DNA of 54,684 nucleotides, from the IMG/VR virus record IMGVR_UViG_3300012971_000005, positions 1 to 54,684 of that record. The stretch is one strand, 5' to 3'. This DNA is from a virus (Duplodnaviria; Caudoviricetes). Positions 36,801-44,563 of the stretch are shown here, one piece after another. The translations under genes and the position numbers were made by a program. Position 1 is the first letter of the stretch; each line of letters starts with the position of its first letter. The notes under the pieces were generated by a model. It was not told the origin of the DNA, did no database searches, and worked only from the letters and a program-made list of their open reading frames with translations.

Positions 36801-37083
36801 CCACCTCGATGCCTGGATACTTCGCGTGCACCTTACGCTTCACCGCCGCCTGCTCCGCTGACGTGCCGTGTTGCGCCACCCGCGCCAGGGCATTTCTGGC
36901 ATGCGCCTTGTCTGGAATCGGGTAAGAGCCTTTCTGGCCCCGGCGTTTCTCTTCCGCCGTCGGCGGCAAGGCAAACTGGCCTTTCTGGAGCGCTGTCCGC
37001 CCTGCCGTGGTCAGTTTACCCTCGGATTCTTTGGCGGCTTTGATCTTGCGCCCTGTCGCCGGATTCGTTTTCGTCTTCGCCAT
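36751..37083 (-). CDS. Basic phage hypothetical protein
   Basis: GGAGG RBS; QFALP...YPIPDKAHARNALARVAQ. Confidence 0.7.
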   Translation of the reverse strand: MAKTKTNPATGRKIKAAKESEGKLTTAGRTALQKGQFALPPTAEEKRRGQKGSYPIPDKAHARNALARVAQHGTSAEQAAVKRKVHAKYPGIEVGGSKKEKRHGTQRQKR

Positions 37084-37245
37084 AAAGTTTCCTCCAAGGG
37101 GACTGCCTCCTTTAGGTGGCAGAGGAATTGGAGGTTGAGCCCCACGGGCTCAACAGATGTTCACTGTTTCAAACCGTCCTACTATGCTACACTTTCCTCA
37201 ATACGACCGTGTCAGGCATTCCAGCTTTGATCGCTGTCTGCCGCT

Positions 37246-37536
37246 TCAACACACGGTAACGACGGCGGCAAACACGCGCCCACAGCACCGCATCCGCACA
37301 GGAAAGCCCTCAATCGGGTGCCACCGACCACAGCACGCTATCTCCATCGGGGCATGGCCCTGAGCCCGGCGGGCATAGAGCGTCTGGGCGTACTCCACCG
37401 CAGGCAGGCGTGGCTTCGGGGTATAGCACGCCGAACAGGCACAATACGGGGCCTGGTCATTAGGAGCCCCGCAATAGCCACAGAGGCCAGCAGCCCGGTA
37501 GCGGTGATAGGTCGCAGGCGAGGTCATCGATGTCAA
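37246..37536 (-). CDS. Cys-rich zinc-finger hypothetical protein
   Basis: YRAAGLCGYCG, CSAC, and CCGR twice. Confidence 0.55.
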   Translation of the reverse strand: MTSMTSPATYHRYRAAGLCGYCGAPNDQAPYCACSACYTPKPRLPAVEYAQTLYARRAQGHAPMEIACCGRWHPIEGFPVRMRCCGRVFAAVVTVC

Positions 37537-38174
37537 ACCATCCCATCCTCGCTACACTGGCGACCCAAACGCCGCAGTCGTGCAGCCAAGCGACTAACGT
37601 CGGCTTCAAGTTCCAGTACCGCGGTAGCCAGCGCATTGCGCTGTGTGACTGCCTCATTATAACGCTGCTGCCAATACGGTTCGCTCGTCGCCGCGTCCAC
37701 CGGCTGCCGGGCTTCCCAGGCCGCCAACTGCGCCATGACTTCCGCCTGTGACCGTCTGCCCAGATTGCGAAACCGCCGCAACTCCTGCGGTGGCAAATGC
37801 TGTAAGGCTTCGACCGTACGAATGTCGCCGCAAGCCAAGGCATTGCGTGCCCGCGTCGAGAGCCCCAAGACCACCAGCGGCGTCGGGGCCTTGACCTCCC
37901 ATTGCACTGCTTCGTGGGCCGCAAAAAACCGGGCACGCTGCGCCGCCAGCCCTGGAATCTCCTCGGTCTGACACCACGCATCCAGATCCCGAAACCGCGC
38001 CACTTCCCGACTGCTGCCCTGAGCCTGGCTGGGTCCCTCCAGACGGGCAATCCGGCTATGCTGCCAGACGACATAGTCCCCCCGGATGCCCCCCGGCACG
38101 GCCGGCGCCGGAGGAGGGATACGCAACTCCACTGCTTCACTATACTCGATGGCCTGAAACACCCACGGCATCAC
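37533..38174 (-). CDS. Protein with RNA polymerase alpha-subunit C-terminal (alpha-CTD)-like domain
   Basis: LGLSTRARNAL...IRTVEAL...ELRRFRNLGRRSQAEV fits the alpha-CTD pattern. Confidence 0.8.
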   Translation of the reverse strand: MMPWVFQAIEYSEAVELRIPPPAPAVPGGIRGDYVVWQHSRIARLEGPSQAQGSSREVARFRDLDAWCQTEEIPGLAAQRARFFAAHEAVQWEVKAPTPLVVLGLSTRARNALACGDIRTVEALQHLPPQELRRFRNLGRRSQAEVMAQLAAWEARQPVDAATSEPYWQQRYNEAVTQRNALATAVLELEADVSRLAARLRRLGRQCSEDGMV

Positions 38175-39478
38175 GGCCCTCCCTCACGGGTCACGGCCTG
38201 CGACTGCGGCTGTGGACCATACATCGGCAGACTGCCTTCAACGTTCGCCGCCGGGTAGACCTGCTCTGGTGACCACGACAAGGCGACGGTATGCGGCCCA
38301 CTTGCACCACCCATCCCCGTATGCAGGAGACCATCATACCCCGCCTGTTGGAGCACCTGGGCGAGTTGCGCTTCCGCATCGCGTTCGGTCGTCGCCGTGA
38401 AGACATTGGGGGGCACGCCTTCCGGCACCGGCGGTCGCGTGCCATACTGCAAGAGGGATTCCCGCATGGCCCGGTAGGCATCATGGCCCGTCATGGGGGT
38501 ATCGCGGCCATACGTCGCCAGCAAATACCCCCCGGCCTGTTTCTCGCCACCCTCCACCAGGGCCTGCGCCAGCGTACTGCTGGTCATGCCGGAGCCCTCA
38601 CGCAGATCGATGGGATTGCGGAAATTGGGATACACTGAACGGACATTCGGGGCTGCGGCCCTGGCCCACGACGCCTGCCTTTGCGTCTGTTGCAACACCC
38701 GCTCCATCGCCTGCACATCGGCCTGACGCCGTGGATCATTCCGCATCCAGGCCAACGTGTCCTGCATCTGGGCTATGTCACGCTCCCAGGCAGGCAGGGC
38801 TGCTGGATTGGCATACGGACTGGCATAGCCTAACTGCTCATACGTCGGCATCGCCTGGGATCCGCCAGCGACTTCAGGATTATCCGTCATGTAAATCCCC
38901 GGCCCATAAAGATTCCCGCCTGCACCTGTACCAGACCGCCCCATCTCAAAATCAGGATACACCCGCTCCGTCCCATGGTAAAACCGCTTAAGCTTCCCCT
39001 GCTCATCCCGCATCACACTTTGCGGTAACGGCTCCCCTCGTACTCCCCGCGGCACCGGACCCAGATTGCCCCGCTCCGATGCCAGCCCACCGAACCGCGG
39101 CCCCGGACTACCGGCCGTCTCCAGCACCGCCTTGCCGCCCCTGAGCAGACCCGGTGCCAGCAGAAAGGCAGCCTGACTCACTGGATCGGCCAGGGAGCCA
39201 AACGCGATGGGCTCGACCTCGCCCAGCTCAGACGCCCGACGCTGCCCGTACAGCTGCTGCCAGGATGCCTCCGCCTCGGGATGCACCGGCAATCGCGACA
39301 CCAGAGAAGGCTGCGCTAATTGCTCTTGCACCGCCGGCCAGTCGACCTGGTCAAAGTTCGGATACGCCTCCCGGTAGCGCTGGATCATATCCTCCGTCTG
39401 CCGGATACCCGCCCCGAGCTGCTCCCGCAATTGTTGCCGCAGAGCTTTGGTTTGCATCGTACTGGTGCCGTTCGCCAT
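38171..39478 (-). CDS. Protein with ADP-ribosyltransferase-like (polyvalent-protein ART) domain
   Basis: RDEQGKLKRFYHGT, YGPGIYMTDNPEVA, NVRSVY..FRNPIDL, AGYDGLLH. Confidence 0.65.
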   Translation of the reverse strand: MANGTSTMQTKALRQQLREQLGAGIRQTEDMIQRYREAYPNFDQVDWPAVQEQLAQPSLVSRLPVHPEAEASWQQLYGQRRASELGEVEPIAFGSLADPVSQAAFLLAPGLLRGGKAVLETAGSPGPRFGGLASERGNLGPVPRGVRGEPLPQSVMRDEQGKLKRFYHGTERVYPDFEMGRSGTGAGGNLYGPGIYMTDNPEVAGGSQAMPTYEQLGYASPYANPAALPAWERDIAQMQDTLAWMRNDPRRQADVQAMERVLQQTQRQASWARAAAPNVRSVYPNFRNPIDLREGSGMTSSTLAQALVEGGEKQAGGYLLATYGRDTPMTGHDAYRAMRESLLQYGTRPPVPEGVPPNVFTATTERDAEAQLAQVLQQAGYDGLLHTGMGGASGPHTVALSWSPEQVYPAANVEGSLPMYGPQPQSQAVTREGGP

Positions 39479-40044
39479 CACCGCATCCCCCATGGCTGTC
39501 GGTACAATTGCCCCAGATTCGGCGCAAACTGGCCCGGCACATACCCTTGCGACACCTGCGGCACCTGCGGCATGACCGACGACCCCGGCATGAGTTGCGG
39601 CGTCAGACGCTGCATCAGCGCCCAGTCGTCTGGCGACATCCCCTGCGGCCCCAGCCCGGCCCGCTGCCGCGCTACTTCCCGCTCCAAGGCCGGTGGTGCC
39701 GGAAGGACCGTACCCGTCGTCGGCATCGCCTGCAACTGCTGCCACAACTGCTGCACCGCGGGATCAGACCCCCGCGCCGGAAGGACCGTACCCGTCGTCG
39801 GCATCGCCTGCAACTGCTGCCACAACTGCTGCACCGCCGAGTCAGACCCCTGCGCCCCCACGGCCGGCCTCGGACTCCAGCCCTGGTAGATGGCCCGTAA
39901 GGCATCTGCCGTCGTACCCGTCTCCCCCATGCCACCAACGTTTTGCTGCACCCACGACGGCCCCGACGGCCCCGCATCCAGCCACGATGGACTCAGTTGC
40001 GGGCCAAGCATCGCCCCGTACCAGTCTGCTGCATTCCACGCCAC
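39478..40044 (-). CDS. Gln/Pro-rich hypothetical protein with a 78-bp tandem duplication
   Basis: 39698-39775 is repeated at about 39776-39853 (GSD.AVQQLWQQLQAMPTTGTVLPA). Confidence 0.6.
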   Translation of the reverse strand: MAWNAADWYGAMLGPQLSPSWLDAGPSGPSWVQQNVGGMGETGTTADALRAIYQGWSPRPAVGAQGSDSAVQQLWQQLQAMPTTGTVLPARGSDPAVQQLWQQLQAMPTTGTVLPAPPALEREVARQRAGLGPQGMSPDDWALMQRLTPQLMPGSSVMPQVPQVSQGYVPGQFAPNLGQLYRQPWGMR

Positions 40045-40056
40045 GACGCGCCCCCC

Positions 40057-40572
40057 TTAGCGACCAGGATAATCCCGCTCCCCCGTCAACCACTGCCGCA
40101 GCACGTAATGCTCCACCGGCGTCAGGGCCTCCGGCTGATAATTCTGGTACACCGACGGATGCACCTCGCGCGCCGCCCCTAACATTTTGTCCATGATCGC
40201 GTGCTGCGCCCCCTCTGATAACCCCGCCGTCTGCTGATTCAGGAAGTGCAGAAGCTCATGGCCGAGCGTATTCCACGTACTGGCGGGCGCTTTCCCCGTC
40301 TGATACCGAATCACATTGGCCTCCGGGTCAAACGACCCGACCGCTTGCTCCCGCGCCGCGAGTTGCGGGTCCGGCAACACGCTCACCGTCTGCGGCACCG
40401 CCTGCGCCCGATCCAGGATACGCTTATACATATCCAGCAGATAGTCGCCCGACGGCTGCGCCTGTAACCCTTGCAGCATCTGCTGCCCGGATGGCGTCGT
40501 CATCACCTCCGCTTCCGCCTCCCGCGGTCCCAACAGCGACGAGAGCCAATCCTTGACATCCCACGCCATCAC
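40057..40572 (-). CDS. Zincin-like metallopeptidase-motif protein
   Basis: VGSFDPEANVIRY followed by TLGHELLH (HExxH). Confidence 0.65.
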   Translation of the reverse strand: MMAWDVKDWLSSLLGPREAEAEVMTTPSGQQMLQGLQAQPSGDYLLDMYKRILDRAQAVPQTVSVLPDPQLAAREQAVGSFDPEANVIRYQTGKAPASTWNTLGHELLHFLNQQTAGLSEGAQHAIMDKMLGAAREVHPSVYQNYQPEALTPVEHYVLRQWLTGERDYPGR

Positions 40573-40793
40573 GGCCCCTCCGCCGCGGTCTCGTAGCGGT
40601 CTAACACCTGCACCGTCACGCCAATGGCCGCCGCGATCAGAAAATCTACCCGCCTCCGAGCGTCCTCTGGTTCGGCCGCCAACAGCGCCAGGCAGCGGGC
40701 AAAGGCCTCTGGGGCAATCGGCACTTCTAACCGGGGCTCGTCCTGGTCTGCAGCCAGCACCAACCGCCGGGCATACTGATACACCACCGACAC
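40569..40793 (-). CDS. Hypothetical protein
   Basis: GGAGG RBS; fills the gap after portal. Confidence 0.5.
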   Translation of the reverse strand: MSVVYQYARRLVLAADQDEPRLEVPIAPEAFARCLALLAAEPEDARRRVDFLIAAAIGVTVQVLDRYETAAEGP

Positions 40794-40796
40794 GGC

Positions 40797-43160
40797 TTAG
40801 CCCTCCGCGTTCCCCTCGCCCTCTTCCCGTTCCTCCGCCTCGAGTGCCGCTAACTGCTCCCGCATCTGCTGGAGATGCCGCATCAGCCCCGCCACATTCC
40901 CCACCGCTGTATGGGCGTCCTGGCGCCGGCTCATCAGCATCTTGTCACGCTCCATCTCCAGCATGGCCATATCCTGCCGCGCCTTCATCGCCGATTCGGT
41001 CGCTTGTAACTCGACTTCGCGCTCCTTCAGTTGGATCTCCCGCAACTCCATCATGCGGTCCTGCTTCAGTTGCTGATTCTCCTGGGTGGCTTGACTCGCC
41101 ACCTGCTCCACTTGACTCGCATGGGCATTGAGGGCCTGGGCCTCCTGTGTCTTCTGCTGGAGCCGCTGCATCACCACAGGTAACAGGTCTTCGGGCTTCT
41201 GCCCCTCATCGTCTTGCAACATGCCAGGCGGCAGCGTCAACTTCGCCCGCCTCGCCGCCTCTTTGGCATCGTCAAAGTCCATATTGCCCACGATCAGGTC
41301 AGGGATCACCGCCCCGAGCGCCGGAATCGTCTCGGCCACCTTGATCAAGTTCTCCACCGCGTCCTGCCGCTGGGTCTTATAATTGGCACCCACATCCGCC
41401 ACCACATCATACGTCCCCACGCTCAGGTTATAGATGCCCTCCACCCCGGCTTGCAGCTCTTGCAGGCCGGCTTGCCGCGCTTGCGGGTCAGGATGGAGCA
41501 TAATCTGCCGCACGCTGTCATCCTTGCCCAGAATCCGCAACACCCGATCCGGCTCCCGGTACACCCGCGGAATGGCATCAACTAAAATCCGCATGACATG
41601 CCGCACCGCCCAGCGTAAATGCTCGGCATAGTGCGAGCTCCCCATTTCACTCTCGTTGCGCCGGATTTCCGCATGCCGCCCACTCGTATCATTCGACGGC
41701 TCCCCCAAATCGGCTGGCGTTAACCCCGTCGTATTGTACAGGTCTTGCTGGGCCTGCTGTCTGGCCAGCGCAATCGCCTGAATGGCGGGCTCCGCCGTCT
41801 GCCGCTGCGGCGGGGGCATGAGCTGGCCATTGGGCGCAAAATCGGGATTGTAGGCCAGATAACTGTAGGCAACCGTGTTCGCGTTGGCCCATTCCGGGCG
41901 ATTCTGAAACTGCTTGACCGTCCCAATATAGGAGGACTTCGGCGCCAGGGCGACCGTTTCCGCCGAGGTCGTGGTCCAATAATTGTACGCGCGCTGCGCA
42001 TCAATCATGTCCCACACCACGCCGCGATATTCGACTTCGCCGTTGAGGTCAATCTCGTCGCCAATGACGGGCACAATCGGCAGATAGCGACTTGGCCAAA
42101 TGGAGCGCTCAACAATCGTATCGCCCACCAGTTTGCAGGCCCGGATAATCGGCAGTTCGCTCCGACGCTGTTGCTGGACCGCGCCCGCTTCCGTGTCAAG
42201 GAGCGGCGTCACGCCGTACCGCAGCATTTCCCAGGCCACACTGGAAAGCAGCGCCGCCTCCTGTGCCTGTTCATCCTCCGTAAGTTCGTCCTGCGCCTGC
42301 ATAATAGGCACGTAGCGCGTTTCGCCACTGGAGAGCTGCACCAACTGGACCTGCAACGCTTCCCGGTAGTAGTAATCCACCAGCAATGCCTCGTCGCGGC
42401 TGACCCAGCCATCCCCCGTACTCGCCCAGGCGCTTGAGACCCCCCGCGGGATCTCGTAGCGTTCGCACACCTGCGCACGATTCATGCGCTCAACCACTAA
42501 CCCCCACTCCGCCGTGTGATAATCGGGGGTCCGGCGCCCAGCGGGATCAAGGTACACCGCAAAGGGATTGAGAATCCGCTCCAGGCGCAGCACCTGCTGA
42601 AAGCTCCACGGGCTCTCATAGTCCGTCAGCACACGGATATAGCCTTTGCCGTGCGTCACGGCCCCATCAAACGCCGTATCAACCACCGTATCCCAGTCAC
42701 TCTGCTGCAAAATGGCGCGGATAAGTCCGTCAAACACTGACGCCGTCTCGACGTCAGCGCCCGACCCCACCGGGCGCGTTTTCCCCGCCGGCCGGTTCTG
42801 CTGCTCGGCATTGGTGATTTGCCGGATGAATTTCCCCGTCTGGTTGATCGTGAGACACGGACGCGGGTTGGGACCCGACGTGCGGACATAGATTTCGGCG
42901 GCTTCCCACTGTTCCCCTGCCCGAAATTTGAGGCATTTCAGGGCCTTGGTGCGCCAGACCCCTTCAAAGCGTTCGACAGCCTGAAAGCGCTGATGCGCCA
43001 GGTCACAGATGTAGCGGTCTTGCTGCACACGGCGCTCATACTGCGCCCGCGCGTCGGCGTCAGAGCGGGTCTGGATAATGGGCTGACCGCGCTGAGACAC
43101 ACGGGGATCAGGCCGAAACGGCACCGCCGTGGGAGAGAGACCGGGAGGCAGCGTCGCCAC
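40797..43160 (-). CDS. Portal protein (P22 gp1 family)
   Basis: FRAGEQW, RPCLTIN, DAQRAYNY, NDTSG, SVGTYDVVAD.GANYKTQRQ, C-terminal coiled-coil barrel. Confidence 0.92.
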   Translation of the reverse strand: MATLPPGLSPTAVPFRPDPRVSQRGQPIIQTRSDADARAQYERRVQQDRYICDLAHQRFQAVERFEGVWRTKALKCLKFRAGEQWEAAEIYVRTSGPNPRPCLTINQTGKFIRQITNAEQQNRPAGKTRPVGSGADVETASVFDGLIRAILQQSDWDTVVDTAFDGAVTHGKGYIRVLTDYESPWSFQQVLRLERILNPFAVYLDPAGRRTPDYHTAEWGLVVERMNRAQVCERYEIPRGVSSAWASTGDGWVSRDEALLVDYYYREALQVQLVQLSSGETRYVPIMQAQDELTEDEQAQEAALLSSVAWEMLRYGVTPLLDTEAGAVQQQRRSELPIIRACKLVGDTIVERSIWPSRYLPIVPVIGDEIDLNGEVEYRGVVWDMIDAQRAYNYWTTTSAETVALAPKSSYIGTVKQFQNRPEWANANTVAYSYLAYNPDFAPNGQLMPPPQRQTAEPAIQAIALARQQAQQDLYNTTGLTPADLGEPSNDTSGRHAEIRRNESEMGSSHYAEHLRWAVRHVMRILVDAIPRVYREPDRVLRILGKDDSVRQIMLHPDPQARQAGLQELQAGVEGIYNLSVGTYDVVADVGANYKTQRQDAVENLIKVAETIPALGAVIPDLIVGNMDFDDAKEAARRAKLTLPPGMLQDDEGQKPEDLLPVVMQRLQQKTQEAQALNAHASQVEQVASQATQENQQLKQDRMMELREIQLKEREVELQATESAMKARQDMAMLEMERDKMLMSRRQDAHTAVGNVAGLMRHLQQMREQLAALEAEEREEGEGNAEG

Positions 43161-43459
43161 TAGGCGTCCTCCCTCCCTGCCTGCATGGCCTCACGCACCG
43201 CCGGCAAATTCACCAGCACCGTCTGAAGCAATTCCTCATGTATCGCGCTGCTATCCCCCAACATCTCGCCACACCGATCAAGCACGATAGCCAGAAACAA
43301 CACACAGCCCTGCACCACGGTGTGCACGGACACCAACCCCTCGGGTGTCCGCACCCACGGGGTCTGGTCGGCGAGCGTCTGATGCAACACCTGCGCCAGC
43401 TCTGCGGCCTTTTCCGCAACCGCCTCCGTGTTATAGTCCCACCGAGAATCTAGGGCCAT
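43160..43459 (-). CDS. Hypothetical protein
   Basis: Coupled to the portal start. Confidence 0.6.
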   Translation of the reverse strand: MALDSRWDYNTEAVAEKAAELAQVLHQTLADQTPWVRTPEGLVSVHTVVQGCVLFLAIVLDRCGEMLGDSSAIHEELLQTVLVNLPAVREAMQAGREDA

Positions 43460-43460
43460 G

Positions 43461-43625
43461 TTATTTTTTCGCCTTCACTTTTTTGGGTAACTTCTTGCCC
43501 TTGGGCTTGCTGGCCATCTCTTCCAGCTTCGCTTCACTCAAACCTGTTTGGGTCTTTTCGCCCGCACGCTGGCGTGCAAGTTCAGCCCCAAAGAAACGTT
43601 GCTGAGCACGTGATTTTGCTGGCAT
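43461..43625 (-). CDS. Small basic protein (DUF3008-like; not in the ORF track)
   Basis: MPAKSRAQQRFFGAELAR...LSEAKLEEMASKPKGKKLPKKV; AGGA RBS. Confidence 0.7.
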   Translation of the reverse strand: MPAKSRAQQRFFGAELARQRAGEKTQTGLSEAKLEEMASKPKGKKLPKKVKAKK

Positions 43626-43628
43626 ATC

Positions 43629-43838
43629 CTACGGCCTCCTTTCTCCAAGTCGGGGCTCCGGTGCTGGCGGCGCTGGAGCTTCTGTGGCGTCCGGCTCTGC
43701 CGGCATCTCCGCCGGAGCCGTATCTGGCACAATAATCAGGCAGGCGTCCGGCTCCAGCCAGCCCTCGACAAATTCAGTCCGCGTCAGCAGCACGGCCTGA
43801 CGCTGCCCACAATGGGGACATAGGGCAATAATCTGCAT
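43629..43838 (-). CDS. Small zinc-ribbon hypothetical protein
   Basis: GAGGA RBS; CPHC. Confidence 0.55.
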   Translation of the reverse strand: MQIIALCPHCGQRQAVLLTRTEFVEGWLEPDACLIIVPDTAPAEMPAEPDATEAPAPPAPEPRLGERRP

Positions 43839-43848
43839 GGTGCAATCC

Positions 43849-44046
43849 TCACGCCGGCGGCGCGGGCTGCCCATCGATCATCACGACATGCAGCGGGCAC
43901 AGCAGCAGCGTCCCATACTCATGCCACCCGGGCGGGGCCGCGACCTCAGGAATGGCCGACCTGGGCACCGCTTCGACATGCTGCGTCTCGGTCGAATCAC
44001 AGCCAGCAATCGAGCAATGGTACGTGTATGTGCAGTCAAGTGTCAT
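43849..44046 (-). CDS. Small Cys/His hypothetical protein
   Basis: CSIAGC, PPGW, LCPLH; ATG directly abuts the CRISPR-like repeat. Confidence 0.55.
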   Translation of the reverse strand: MTLDCTYTYHCSIAGCDSTETQHVEAVPRSAIPEVAAPPGWHEYGTLLLCPLHVVMIDGQPAPPA

Positions 44047-44140
44047 ATTTCAATCCCTTCCAGGGCAGATGTCCTTCGCACTGCGCACCAGGACATATTT
44101 GCCGGTGGTCTCGGCACAGTTGTTTCAATCCCTTACAGGG
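44047..44140 (-). CRISPR. CRISPR mini-array: partial repeat (44140-44122), 40-nt spacer, 35-nt repeat (44081-44047); no cas genes
   Basis: Minus strand CCCTGTAAGGGATTGAAAC, spacer, GTGCGAAGGACATCTGCCCTGGAAGGGATTGAAAT; CCCT/AGGG stem plus ATTGAAA(C/T) end typical of class 1 repeats. Confidence 0.7.
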
Positions 44141-44143
44141 TAA

Positions 44144-44530
44144 TTATGGCAATTGCTCCAGCACACTGACCGTACTATCGGTACCGCCTTGCCGAATACA
44201 GCTCCAAGCTTGTTGCCCGGCCTGCGAGGCAATCGTCAGCGTACCGTTGGGCACCACCAGGTAGCCCACTGTCGTCGACGGCGTCAGAGGATACTTCCCG
44301 CTGCTGGTGCTACAGCGCACCGCATTGGCCGTTTCATTGGTAATACTCAGAGCACACCGCGACGTATTCGCATCGACCACGGGCACCACCGCCGTGCTAA
44401 CAGCAAGCGCGGCTCCAGCGGTCCCCTTCGCATTGATGCGCGTATCATGGCATGGGGGCACCCCGGTCTGCGCCAGAACGAGGGAAACACAGGTCAGGCT
44501 GAGCCACATGCTACCGATGAGTGCTTTCAT
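44144..44530 (-). CDS. Signal-peptide-bearing small beta protein, paralogue of 16763-17233
   Basis: MKALIGSMWLSLTCVSLVLAQ; RC...TPSTTVG...AWSCIR...DSTVSVLEQLP. Confidence 0.7.
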   Translation of the reverse strand: MKALIGSMWLSLTCVSLVLAQTGVPPCHDTRINAKGTAGAALAVSTAVVPVVDANTSRCALSITNETANAVRCSTSSGKYPLTPSTTVGYLVVPNGTLTIASQAGQQAWSCIRQGGTDSTVSVLEQLP

Positions 44531-44563
44531 TAGTGTGTTCGTTTTGCACATGTTATGCACACC

